Shown: positions 37,371-47,269, counted from the first letter of the stretch. The stretch is DNA of 64,000 nucleotides from a bacterium (GCA_037129835.1 JBAXUE010000002.1:66334-130333); one strand, 5' to 3'. Notes: generated by a model from the letters alone, not told the origin. Program-made: numbers and translations.

Positions 37371-37940
37371 TCACATCTTTGATTTTCTCGTTTCGGTAAG
37401 TAGCCTTTCATATTCGTCTATTATATTGCTATCTAGTTTTGTTTTCAGCACTCTTAGTATTTCTTCGTGATACCAGAGTCTTTCTTCTGGAGTGGAGTTA
37501 AAGTTTTTTCCAGCTTCTTCGCCTACTAATTTCTTGTCGTCTAATAGGTTTCTCATATTATGAATTTTGTCTGCGGCACACACCATCAGAGACTCTACTC
37601 TGTCGTTTTCCAGATTCTCAATATAGGCATCTTTTCTGACTTTCCATGGCAGTTTCTCTTTGCCATCTGATTTCTTTTCAGTAACGCCCATAACTATCTC
37701 ACAGACATCTGGTCCAAAATCTCTGGTAAGCTCCTCCGGAGTGTATTCTGAGTCTTCTATCGTATCGTGAAGTAGCCCGGCTACTATGGTATTTTCGTCA
37801 TCGGTGTAGTTTGACAAGATAATAGCGACAGCAAAAGGATGAATGATATATGGAATGGCTACGTCTGATTTTCTTAGTTGATCTCGGTGGCAGACTGCTG
37901 CTACCTTTAGGGCTTTTTCGATCTTTGGTGTATATTTCAT
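37371..37940 (-). CDS. HD-domain (p)ppGpp hydrolase-like protein (small alarmone hydrolase type)
   Basis: AAVCHRDQLRK..IPYIIHPFAVAIIL...GLLHDTIEDS is typical of the SpoT/RelA HD hydrolase domain. 189 aa, stand-alone. Confidence 0.8.
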   Translation of the reverse strand: MKYTPKIEKALKVAAVCHRDQLRKSDVAIPYIIHPFAVAIILSNYTDDENTIVAGLLHDTIEDSEYTPEELTRDFGPDVCEIVMGVTEKKSDGKEKLPWKVRKDAYIENLENDRVESLMVCAADKIHNMRNLLDDKKLVGEEAGKNFNSTPEERLWYHEEILRVLKTKLDSNIIDEYERLLTETRKSKM

Positions 37941-38093
37941 ACAACCTCCATTTCTTTGTTAATGCATTTATAAACAAAAAGCGGTCAATAAACAAGGTAC
38001 AATCCTTGTAATAACCGCAATGGACGCTCCTCGGAGCCGCTGACCTATTACATGTTTATTATATCATTATGGGTTGAAAAATCAACTTTAGGA

Positions 38094-39956
38094 TTAGCAC
38101 CCGCCTCCACCGCCACCGCCGCCACCACCACCAGCTCCACCAGAACCAGACATCGAAGAGCTAGCGACAGATGATGAAACAGAAGACATGGCCGATGAAA
38201 AAGAGTCGGCATTGAAGTTATTAAAAGAGCCGACATACCAAACGGGTGCATATGTATTGAAGTATTCCTTGCCATAGATATCTTCCATTTTCTTTGCCCA
38301 TTCTTTGGTAATGCCAAATACGATTGCATAGGGCAGTAGCTTTTCAAATATCCCCTCTTTTTCATAGAATCTTTGGCGATATTTTTCGGCAATATTCATA
38401 TAATATCTCAGTCCTTCTATTCTCCATCTAGCTTCTGCTCCCTTGGGCGTTACTTTGTCCATCAGAATCCCAAAGATAATGAGTATAGCCGCCGAGATAC
38501 CAAATGATGCGGTAACAAAAAAATTGGAACTTGCGATAATATAGGCAAGAAAAGCAAAGAAGCCACCTATGCTTAAAATAATTATTTGATTTTTACTACC
38601 GCTAGTATCTAAATATCCAGCTGAAACCAACTCTGCTTTTATTAGTTTTTCTACCATCGTATACGTGGTTGTGAATTTATTTTTTAAAGCCGATAGTTTC
38701 CTAGTTGTTTGAAGACCCATATCTACTTCGTTTTTGGGGTCATAGTCTCCTGGAGTTATTTTTGGCTTGCCCGAGAATATTAGTCCAATTTTGCCGATAA
38801 CATTTACCGGATCCATAAAAACACCTCGAATAAGTATCCTTTGATGCTCTTTGAGTTTACTAAAGTCCCGATTGAGTAGGGTGAATTGAAAATCCTTTCC
38901 GAGTCCTAGAAAGCTACCCTTGATTTCCTCGATTTTTAGATATTTGTTTGTTGCTAGATATACAAGTTCAGCAGCGATAAATTTATCTTTACCACCACCA
39001 CCTTGTAAGTAGCTGATCTCCCCAGGAGATAATTCGTCTGGTGGGTCGTATTCGGCAACTATCGCGGCTTTCTTCTTTGGGTCGCGGCCGTATTTATACC
39101 AAAACCAAAATACAAACGGGAAGAGGAACAAAGGGATTATTAACCAAAAAACATCAAAAGGAACGATATCGAAGAGTCCGAGCTTGGCGGCCGTGAATGT
39201 GTTTTTGGGTAGTTTTGCATCAATCGTAATCCCATCCCCTTTTCGCATAAGTTCTGTCCGCGTAAGTGATAAGGTGTTGTCGGTGTTCCAAGAAGCCGTA
39301 GAGCTAATGTTATTAGTGCCCCCTTGACTACCGTAGTATATCTTGTAATCTATCTGGTTTTCGGTAACGTTATCAGGGAATCTAATCGTCGCGACAACTT
39401 GGTCTATCTCCATGTCCCAGCTGTTGCCAGTAATATTCCAATTAAATCTGTCATAGTCAGAATTGGAATAGTCTATACCGTTTTTGACATGATAAGTTAC
39501 CATATATTCATTCACCCCCGATACATTTACTAGGTCATCCGCGATTCTCAAAGTGATGAGGCCACTTAAAGAATCAATAGTAGTTGTATAGTATCGGTTT
39601 TTTCCGGAAAAGTCAGTAACAGAAGAAATAACTATTGGCGTAAAGATAATATTACCCTGATCGCTTAGATAGCGAGTAGGTAAAACTCTAAAGATACCGT
39701 GTTTGTCATATACATCGCCAATATCTGCGGTAATTTTCTCCGTAATGTCTAATGATGAGTCCTGATTTACTATAATATTGGTCTCAAAATTCTGTACGTA
39801 CCACTCGGTGATGTTGGTGCGGCGAGGTGGTATCGATAACTCATTAAAGGTTAAATTGTCTGTGTTTAAGCTATCAGCTGTGAAACTATTTAGGGTCTGA
39901 GCTGATACGGTGATTGGAAACAATAATAAAGTTAAGAATATAAAAATTTTCTTCAT
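38094..39956 (-). CDS. DUF2207-like membrane protein with poly-glycine C-terminus
   Basis: Signal/TM at the N-terminus, large extracytoplasmic domain, TM cluster, and tail SGSGGAGGGGGGGGGGGC as commonly seen in DUF2207. Confidence 0.7.
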   Translation of the reverse strand: MKKIFIFLTLLLFPITVSAQTLNSFTADSLNTDNLTFNELSIPPRRTNITEWYVQNFETNIIVNQDSSLDITEKITADIGDVYDKHGIFRVLPTRYLSDQGNIIFTPIVISSVTDFSGKNRYYTTTIDSLSGLITLRIADDLVNVSGVNEYMVTYHVKNGIDYSNSDYDRFNWNITGNSWDMEIDQVVATIRFPDNVTENQIDYKIYYGSQGGTNNISSTASWNTDNTLSLTRTELMRKGDGITIDAKLPKNTFTAAKLGLFDIVPFDVFWLIIPLFLFPFVFWFWYKYGRDPKKKAAIVAEYDPPDELSPGEISYLQGGGGKDKFIAAELVYLATNKYLKIEEIKGSFLGLGKDFQFTLLNRDFSKLKEHQRILIRGVFMDPVNVIGKIGLIFSGKPKITPGDYDPKNEVDMGLQTTRKLSALKNKFTTTYTMVEKLIKAELVSAGYLDTSGSKNQIIILSIGGFFAFLAYIIASSNFFVTASFGISAAILIIFGILMDKVTPKGAEARWRIEGLRYYMNIAEKYRQRFYEKEGIFEKLLPYAIVFGITKEWAKKMEDIYGKEYFNTYAPVWYVGSFNNFNADSFSSAMSSVSSSVASSSMSGSGGAGGGGGGGGGGGC

Positions 39957-40063
39957 AAATATATCTTACACTTTATTGAAATTATTTAATACTAAAGTAT
40001 AAAATCTTAATTAAAATAATCTTTACAGTAATTCAGAAAGCGTTAAAAACTAAGCTTATGAGA

Positions 40064-43000
40064 TTATTCTTCTTTGCTTTCGATTTCCGCAGCTGCCTTG
40101 ATGGCTATCATGGTTTTCCAGAGATCTTGTAATGTGCTTAAGCCCTCGGTATGGCTAAGTGCGGCCTGACTCGGTTTGCTTATTTCGACGAAACCGGCTT
40201 TACCGATAATCTCAGGGACAAAACCTTGTGAGTCATCATTAATCGGTTTCTCATAGTCAGTCCACGGGTCTACAAAGGCTACTTCCATGTGTTTTTCGGT
40301 CGGCATTATCTCAACAAATTTTGTATGATCTTCACCGACACCATCCTTGGTTTTACCAAAAAATCGTAATGTTACTCCACCGAGAGATTCCTGTCTTCTG
40401 TTTAAAAAGTTGTAAAGACACTCGAGAGATCGGGGTGCTCTTCTAGTAGATTCATCCATAAATAAAGCTCTTCCTCCAAGCATTGAAATCATTTTGAGGA
40501 ATGTGAGATACTCATCGATCCCCTCTGGCTCATCTTTACTGGCGTTAGAAAGACTAGAAGGAATTTTCGTGCCATATATTGGTATTATAAGCTCATCGTC
40601 ATATCCAATAGCTTCTTTTGCCTCTGTAATTAATGTTTCGTCTAAGGCGCCAGTTTGTTCATACTCTTCAAAGGCGGCTTCAATCCGATCTTTATTTGCT
40701 CGTACAAAATTGCGAATATCATCGGTACGAAGCTCTTGGAGTATTTTTCTTTCTTTAGCAAACTGTTCTGGTAAGTATTCGGCTGCTACATCGGCAGGAC
40801 CAGTCCTCTCATTGGCAAGCAAAAAAACAGGGCTTTCTGGATTTTCTCTTTGATATAACAGAGCCGTATTCCAAGTAGTGACTGATGACTCAATATTATG
40901 TTCCATAGTTTCTATCAATTGCTCTGGAGTAAAATTTGATTTTCTACGATTTCTACCTTTTTTGTCTTCTAGTGAACCAAGCTGTTCGTAAAAAATATCT
41001 CCAGTAGTATAGGCTGAACCCTTTTCTATAATTTTTTGTGCGATATATTTTGCCATTTCTACCAGTGGTATTGCATTAGGATGTTCTCTTTTTATCTTCA
41101 CAAATTCTCTTAGAAACTCAACAGGCATCTTAAAATTCTTTGGCTTAATATTTAGATCGCTGACAATCTCATCGTAGATCTTTCTGATGTGTATATAATC
41201 GGAGGAAAAACGGTCAATCTGTGCTGCATCTTGGGAAAAAGGAACAAAACCTTCCTTGAAACCATCCAAAGAGGCTTCTAGCTTACTCTGTATCTGCTCT
41301 ACAGTATCATCTAGGGTTACTTGGTCTTCTGTCAGCCACCTAAGTGCCCGTGAAATTATTTGAAATCTATCGGCGTCAGAATAATTTTCTAGTTCCCTTG
41401 TTAGTATTTGTAGTTTTATTGGGTTATCAAACTGTTTATAACAGGAAATGTCCAGTAGTATCTGTGTGGCTTCTTTTCCCTCTGCAAACAAAGATGCTGT
41501 CAACTGTCCCAACTCAGAATTTTTTGTTTCCTCTAGGTCAGATATTCTTTCGTCGGAAATATTCGTAATGTTATCCACAAAAGTCATAAAAGAATCAAGT
41601 AATAGTTCTCGATTTTCTTTTTTGATACTACCGCTTTCTATAGTGTCTTGGTAAACGTCTATAAAATACCAGAAATTATCAAGACCGGTTTTGTCGATCA
41701 CTTTACTAAAAAATTCTATATCATCATCTCCGCTAAATAATTCGGGATTCGACACAAGATATTCGCAAAGCCTTGTATAATTTATTGCTTCAGTGTGATC
41801 TGTGGCAGACCCCAATATTTTATTTATAAAATCCTTGAAACCAGGCTTTTCGGCAAGAATAAAGACATTCGGCAAAGCCTCTTCGGATAAATATAGGTCA
41901 TAAAATAATTCATTATTTGCCCTTAAGTCTGTTATGTATGCGACATATTCGCTAGCTGCAGTCACCTGCTCTTTTGTAACTCCATGTACCTGTCCATATA
42001 ATTCGAACCCAGACTCGGAAATTTTGTCAGAAAGGAAAAGAGCATCCAATAACATTTTTGCAGTATTTTTGCTTTTCCCAAGCCTTTCGTAATTGTTCAA
42101 CAATACAAGGATAGCAGTCCTAACATATTCTAAATCTCCTTTATAGGTAAATTCTTGGAAGATTTCCACTAAAGAAGCTATAACTCTTGGGTTGGTAGCG
42201 GTTTGAAGTGCTTGGTCGAGCTCGTTTAGATGATCAGCTTTTGCTTGCTCTACATTCTCACTACCATCTTTATCTTTTTCTGGAAAATCTTCCATAATCC
42301 CAATGATAAAAAATCGCTCTTCTTCAGTTCCATTGTTGGCAAAATATAGTGCAGTTTGCCTTAAAAGGCGGCGAAATTCACGGTCATTGTCAAAATTACT
42401 TTTTTCTCCACTGTCTTGATACCAAAGTTGCAGGGTATTCGGATTGGCCTTGATGAAAAGTATAAAATCCAGAAGCTCTTTGGGGAGCTCTATTAGGTTT
42501 CTCAAGTCATCAGATGAAAGTGACTCTAGATATCCGGGTAACTGATCAATATATGGCCAACCTCCAGAATAACCTACCTCTCTAAAGGCATTTAGGACAT
42601 TAATCTTTACGGCCTCGGGATCTTTAAAAGAAAGAAGCATAGAGCTACATCTCACCGAAAGGTCTGAATGGTCGTTTATTACTGTCATTTCATCGATAAT
42701 TGATCTTTTTATTTTAGTACGGATTATATCGACTAGGGTTTCTCCAAAAATATCTGACAAACCAGGGGCTTCTATTAAGAATTTGATTAAATCACGTTTT
42801 TGATTAAGAAAATCACCATCAATTTCAGTTATTAATCGTTTTAGCATTGTGGTATCTGCAATTGAGTCTTTTTGAGGGTTGCTTTCGACTTGTCGTATGC
42901 GTTTTCTTATCAATTCGGCTAGATCATTGTATTTATCGAATTCTGTAAAAATAGTAACGGCATCTGCAATATTATTTCTACTAATATTCATTGATTTCCT

Positions 43001-43846
43001 GATCTCAGAGGCTAAATCATGGCCACCGATCTCCCTAATTTTTTCTTCAGTCTCTGAAAAGTCACCGTCTTGGTAAAATTCTAAAAGGGGTACTCTCGCT
43101 TTTTCTAAGTTTTCATCAGAAAGTGCTTTTATTTGTTTGACCAGATAGTCGCGATAAGGCCAGACAATCAATTCTTTTTCTGCTTCTTCTCGTGTCTTCC
43201 GAGCTTCTTGAACAAAGTATTCATAGAAGGAAAGACCCATCTTCTTTTGTAATTCTACCCCTGGATCTAACTCATCTTTTTCGGTTAGGATGCTATTTAC
43301 GGCTTGTTTCATCTCGTCGATCTCTTCCCAACCGACAGACATAGATGGTTCTGCGATACTAATGATTGAACTTATAGTTAGCGCGCCATTAAAATTATAA
43401 TATTCTGGTTGTACGGGGCTAGTAATATTTGAAGATTCTTTAAGTCTTGGGAGGTTATTTTGTAAAACCTTGATTCTAACGTTATTTTCTCTGATGGAAA
43501 TGCTCAGCTGGACAATTTCTGTGATGATTGTTTCTAGTTCTTGATTTGTATTATCTTTAGATAATATCTCTCTCAATTGAGACATTAATGTGAATAATTT
43601 TTCATCAAACCTGCCGTTCATTTCCACCCAAATTTTAAGAGACTTGCATAGTTCTTCATACTCCGTCACATCAATTTGTTCTTTCGACTCTAGTTCCATC
43701 TTATAGTCTACGATAGAGGGCAAAAGCGGTTTTGTAATGTCAATATATAGACGAGAAAGTAGTTCGTTCTTGTCAATGCGTTTTTCTAATCTTTGATAAG
43801 GCGTTTCCGGGAACTCTGTATTCTCATGTTCTATTTCTTGGCTCAT
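40064..43846 (-). CDS. very large acidic hypothetical protein (1260 aa), no recognisable domain
   Basis: Uninterrupted ORF, helical and acidic, with no TM, signal peptide or P-loop. Confidence 0.7.
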   Translation of the reverse strand: MSQEIEHENTEFPETPYQRLEKRIDKNELLSRLYIDITKPLLPSIVDYKMELESKEQIDVTEYEELCKSLKIWVEMNGRFDEKLFTLMSQLREILSKDNTNQELETIITEIVQLSISIRENNVRIKVLQNNLPRLKESSNITSPVQPEYYNFNGALTISSIISIAEPSMSVGWEEIDEMKQAVNSILTEKDELDPGVELQKKMGLSFYEYFVQEARKTREEAEKELIVWPYRDYLVKQIKALSDENLEKARVPLLEFYQDGDFSETEEKIREIGGHDLASEIRKSMNISRNNIADAVTIFTEFDKYNDLAELIRKRIRQVESNPQKDSIADTTMLKRLITEIDGDFLNQKRDLIKFLIEAPGLSDIFGETLVDIIRTKIKRSIIDEMTVINDHSDLSVRCSSMLLSFKDPEAVKINVLNAFREVGYSGGWPYIDQLPGYLESLSSDDLRNLIELPKELLDFILFIKANPNTLQLWYQDSGEKSNFDNDREFRRLLRQTALYFANNGTEEERFFIIGIMEDFPEKDKDGSENVEQAKADHLNELDQALQTATNPRVIASLVEIFQEFTYKGDLEYVRTAILVLLNNYERLGKSKNTAKMLLDALFLSDKISESGFELYGQVHGVTKEQVTAASEYVAYITDLRANNELFYDLYLSEEALPNVFILAEKPGFKDFINKILGSATDHTEAINYTRLCEYLVSNPELFSGDDDIEFFSKVIDKTGLDNFWYFIDVYQDTIESGSIKKENRELLLDSFMTFVDNITNISDERISDLEETKNSELGQLTASLFAEGKEATQILLDISCYKQFDNPIKLQILTRELENYSDADRFQIISRALRWLTEDQVTLDDTVEQIQSKLEASLDGFKEGFVPFSQDAAQIDRFSSDYIHIRKIYDEIVSDLNIKPKNFKMPVEFLREFVKIKREHPNAIPLVEMAKYIAQKIIEKGSAYTTGDIFYEQLGSLEDKKGRNRRKSNFTPEQLIETMEHNIESSVTTWNTALLYQRENPESPVFLLANERTGPADVAAEYLPEQFAKERKILQELRTDDIRNFVRANKDRIEAAFEEYEQTGALDETLITEAKEAIGYDDELIIPIYGTKIPSSLSNASKDEPEGIDEYLTFLKMISMLGGRALFMDESTRRAPRSLECLYNFLNRRQESLGGVTLRFFGKTKDGVGEDHTKFVEIMPTEKHMEVAFVDPWTDYEKPINDDSQGFVPEIIGKAGFVEISKPSQAALSHTEGLSTLQDLWKTMIAIKAAAEIESKEE

Positions 43847-43945
43847 AAAGTAATATTAATATTATTTAAGCTTTATTACAAGAAACTATTATCATTGAGA
43901 TTCTTATTTCCTAGATATATGACATGGGTCTATTTTGTATATATG

Positions 43946-44752
43946 TTATAAAACTTTTAATTCTTTCGCACGCTTTATTTGAGAAATATCTTCTGGTATT
44001 TTCCCAGCTAGAGAGTTTCCTTTAAATGATTGAATAATCCTAACTTCTTCAATATCAATATCGACTCGACTGGTAGAGGCTAATACCAGTCCTGGTTCTC
44101 TGATTGTGCCTTTTGACGGACCACCCGTGATAAAGCATTTTCTAGCATCCATAATGATGAGATCTGGTGTATAGATAGTATTCATCTCAGCGACTTTCTC
44201 GGATACTTTGCCGAGATGTAGACTGATTCTCTCTGTTGGCTTCATAAAGCCAATAATAATCTTCAGTGCACCGGTAAAGTCAGCGATAAAGTGGGTTTTG
44301 CAGCAGGGCAAGAGAATAATCTTGTCTACTTCATCCATGATCTTTGGCACTGATACTTTCTTTAGATATTTTCCTTCTGGGATTTGTTTTGTCACCCACT
44401 GATGGTCATCAAAAATGTATATATCCGGTGGTGTCTTGGATTTCTGCAGGTCATAGACACATGCCTTGCACAATGTCTTTTCTGTTGATATAGAGTGATT
44501 ACTGATAGTAAAAGTTGAGCTCTCGCCCACTATCACCCTTTTGGCTCCAGCTGCGAAGACGAGCTCGACAGTAGCTGCCAAGAAGTCTGGTGCTGTCGAT
44601 GCCGGTGATTCATCCGCGGTATTGTAGTTGGGCTTTATTAGTACAGTCTCACCTTTTTTAACGAAATTATCAAAACCACCAATTTCATCAACTGCTTTTT
44701 GAATTGATGGCTTAATATCTTTTTCTGCTTTTACCTTGGCTATATGCATCAT
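43946..44752 (-). CDS. DUF362-like protein
   Basis: GETVLIKPNYNTAD and RVIVGESS match the DUF362 N-terminal pattern. Confidence 0.6.
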   Translation of the reverse strand: MMHIAKVKAEKDIKPSIQKAVDEIGGFDNFVKKGETVLIKPNYNTADESPASTAPDFLAATVELVFAAGAKRVIVGESSTFTISNHSISTEKTLCKACVYDLQKSKTPPDIYIFDDHQWVTKQIPEGKYLKKVSVPKIMDEVDKIILLPCCKTHFIADFTGALKIIIGFMKPTERISLHLGKVSEKVAEMNTIYTPDLIIMDARKCFITGGPSKGTIREPGLVLASTSRVDIDIEEVRIIQSFKGNSLAGKIPEDISQIKRAKELKVL

Positions 44753-44765
44753 AATTTTTTTATCC

Positions 44766-46043
44766 TTATCTGATTATGTCTTCCATCCCATGTTTTAAAA
44801 GTAATCTAATGAACTCCCCAGAGGTAAATATCTTTGCGAAGTTTGGTCCACTAGCGGTAAGGTCCGCACCTTCTTTTTCTGAGAGCAGCTTAAGTAGCGC
44901 TTCGGCTTCTTCTGGGTCAACGATATTTTCTACTGAGTGTGAGCTTTTCCCTCCGATTTGAATAGCTGATTTTCTTCTTTGTTTTCTTGTTTCTGACATG
45001 TAATAATCAGTCATAAATTTATCATAGTCTGGGTCCATCATAGATACCTCTCGATAGATTCCTTCATTGGTTAACTCAGTCATTTCTTCATTTATCTCAT
45101 ATCCGGTCATCATGACAGTGTCGCCTTCACTATTATCTATCCTGATTCTCCCACCCAAAATCTTAACAGCATATCCGTCTTTTAGTGTTCCGTCTGGTTT
45201 TAGTAGCCTTTCTTTGTAAAAGTTTTCAACTCTAGTCTTGAACTCGGCATTCTGCTTATAATGATTGTTATTTTTGATAAAACTGTTTATCAGCTGTCTT
45301 TCGAAATTAGCTATTATCACTTTTGCTAGTCTATCTTTTTCTTCTGGGTCGGTTACTAACTCTGGCTTTGACTCTAGGTGAATATATTCATGAGACAGTG
45401 TATGTGATACATCAAGTAGCTTCATTTGTCGTATTTGCTCTGGTGTATGAATAGCTGTGATCTCTGGGCTCTCAAACTGATATGAAAATTCCTGCATATT
45501 CTTTTTTACGTCTGCATAAGTCATATATGCCTTACCGTCCTCGACGAAGCTAGTAGTGGCAAATACATAATCTTTTCCTGGTTCTAGGTACATGGTGAAT
45601 TCAAATTCGTCCTTAAGAATCTTTTGTAGATCTTTTGTTTCAGTAGAACGACTGTCAGATTCTTTCTTTTCTATTACTTCGCCGTCCACTATTTCGAATA
45701 AATCGGCTGAGAAATCTGCTGCGATATCTGGGACAATTTTTTCCATTGCTTGTTTTACAGATATAGATGCTTCAGCTATCAATGATTGCATAACAGGGAT
45801 AATCTCTGCCTTTTCTTTCTCAATATCTCGGGTCATCTCATTAGCTTCATTTATTTGATCAATACTGTCTTGAGACCCCTTGGGGTCGTTCTCACGGTGT
45901 TTTGTAAAAAATCCCTCTGCTCTTGAGTAATCTTCTGTGCTAGGCAATGTAACATTGCGATCACTCGCTATTGCTTCTGCAATTTTCTTTACTACGAGTC
46001 CTTCTTTGTAGGCTTCGTCGTTGCTAAGTCTTTCTGGTGTCAT
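44766..46043 (-). CDS. hypothetical HExxH protein (425 aa)
   Basis: HTLSHEYIHLE motif. Acidic N-half, no signal peptide. 13-nt gap to the DUF362 gene. Confidence 0.55.
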   Translation of the reverse strand: MTPERLSNDEAYKEGLVVKKIAEAIASDRNVTLPSTEDYSRAEGFFTKHRENDPKGSQDSIDQINEANEMTRDIEKEKAEIIPVMQSLIAEASISVKQAMEKIVPDIAADFSADLFEIVDGEVIEKKESDSRSTETKDLQKILKDEFEFTMYLEPGKDYVFATTSFVEDGKAYMTYADVKKNMQEFSYQFESPEITAIHTPEQIRQMKLLDVSHTLSHEYIHLESKPELVTDPEEKDRLAKVIIANFERQLINSFIKNNNHYKQNAEFKTRVENFYKERLLKPDGTLKDGYAVKILGGRIRIDNSEGDTVMMTGYEINEEMTELTNEGIYREVSMMDPDYDKFMTDYYMSETRKQRRKSAIQIGGKSSHSVENIVDPEEAEALLKLLSEKEGADLTASGPNFAKIFTSGEFIRLLLKHGMEDIIR

Positions 46044-46168
46044 ATTATTCTTCCCTTATTATCAAATATTACCTCAGTTAGTTGTTGTAAACAACCTTAG
46101 TTTACAAAAGTTCGGAGCCCAAGATCGGGCCCCATTAGGGTGCCGTCCATGGGCTCATATTGTTCTAC

Positions 46169-46492
46169 TTACTTCTTCTCGAAGGCTGGTGGTTTTACCC
46201 ACACACCTCTTTTGCGAAGTAGCTTATAGAAACCTTTTAGGATATCTTGGTATTCCGACTCTACAGTCGAAATGTTGAGCTGTTGCCAAGCCTCCTTTAG
46301 TTCTCGATACGAGATGTTGCTCGCTAGTGACTTCCACTGGTCTTGAGCCCCAAAGTAGAAGATATAGCTACTAGGGCCGCATCGCTTTCCGGTGATGTGT
46401 ATCACTATTTCTCGACGACGATTCGACTTGCATAAATAGACTTTGACACAGTTGTGTCGAAAGCATCTGCCGATAAAGCCAAGCTTACTCAC
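46169..46492 (-). CDS. hypothetical protein (107 aa), in G+C-rich islet
   Basis: GTG at 46492 is preceded by GAGGAGGA plus 6 nt. Followed by hairpin GGGCCC/GGGCTC plus a U-rich tract. Confidence 0.5.
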   Translation of the reverse strand: MSKLGFIGRCFRHNCVKVYLCKSNRRREIVIHITGKRCGPSSYIFYFGAQDQWKSLASNISYRELKEAWQQLNISTVESEYQDILKGFYKLLRKRGVWVKPPAFEKK

Positions 46493-46533
46493 GATGGGTC
46501 CTCCTCTCACTAGGGGCAGATTGTGCGACTACT

Positions 46534-46650
46534 CTAGCTGCGGTGCTTCTTCTTCCCTTTTCTTGGGTGAGCAGCAGTTACGGCCTTGCCACAACCTCTG
46601 GCGCAACATTTCCTGCAACGCCGCAGATCCTTTTCGTTACAGATTCGCAT
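46534..46650 (-). CDS. candidate 38-aa Cys/Arg/Lys-rich peptide MRICNEKDLRRCRKCCARGCGKAVTAAHPRKGKKKHRS
   Basis: ATG at 46650 is preceded by GGGGGGAG plus 5 nt. Putative promoter TTGCTC-17-TATTAT upstream. 41 nt upstream of the 107-aa ORF. Confidence 0.4.
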   Translation of the reverse strand: MRICNEKDLRRCRKCCARGCGKAVTAAHPRKGKKKHRS

Positions 46651-46863
46651 GCTCGCTCCCCCCGATAGTAATGGATACCAGACTAGGTGATAATATACTA
46701 AAATATTTGTCAGAGCAAGGTAAATCTGCTCAAAATTAATTAATAATTGTAAATATATTTTGTAATATGCGGCCATTTTCTTTGCATAAAGCCACAAAGG
46801 TTCTCTCAGCTTTTGCTCAGATTTGATGTATACAATATAGATGTCATTTAAACAAGGAAGGAG

Positions 46864-47142
46864 ATGAATGACAAAACCTGGCGAGTAGTGATCGCCGCTA
46901 TCAAGACTTGGCGCCACTGGAGGACACGAATTTCACAAAGAGTTGGTGCTAGTGTGTCGCAAAAGTCGGATAGCAAATACAGTTCAGGGCTAGAAGTACA
47001 TATTCTCAGCTCGGGCAGGGTCACGAAAACCACCACAACTAAATATATATTTTTCATTCCACTCAAAATAATAGAGGCCATCCCCCGGCCTCTATTATTA
47101 TTAATATCAATAATGCAAAAAGCCATCGTTTGGGAACGATAG
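46864..47142 (+). CDS. doubtful ORF (92 aa) in G+C-rich islet
   Basis: AAGGAAGGAG lies right before the ATG, with TTGCTC-17-TATAGA upstream. However, the ORF runs through a strong hairpin (47073-47093) and its C-half is low quality. Confidence 0.25.
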   Translation: MNDKTWRVVIAAIKTWRHWRTRISQRVGASVSQKSDSKYSSGLEVHILSSGRVTKTTTTKYIFFIPLKIIEAIPRPLLLLISIMQKAIVWER

Positions 47143-47269
47143 CTTCCATAGGCATTCCTCTCTGTTGTTGGAATAATAGATGGTTTGCTGTTTGGTCGAA
47201 GTCCTCTGCGATATTACTCGCTCTCTCACCTACTGGTGAGACCCATGGGCTCCATTGTTGCGGTGTTGA

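Noticed and set aside
38048-38392. 114-aa ORF overlapping the 3' end of the DUF2207 gene.
   Set aside because: It is an alternative frame of the GGN/GCC-rich poly-glycine coding run and has no independent signals.
40064-40800. Degenerate PRTase-like motif (ALFMDESTRRAP) in the C-terminus of the 1260-aa protein.
   Set aside because: It is a single short, imperfect match with no flanking PRTase elements. This is too weak to report as a domain.
46848-47126. 92-aa - strand ORF in islet 2, and the N-terminal part of ORF 46534..46917.
   Set aside because: They have no SD, run through terminator-like hairpins and AT-rich promoter DNA, and have implausible composition. Only the SD-supported 38-aa distal part was retained as a candidate.
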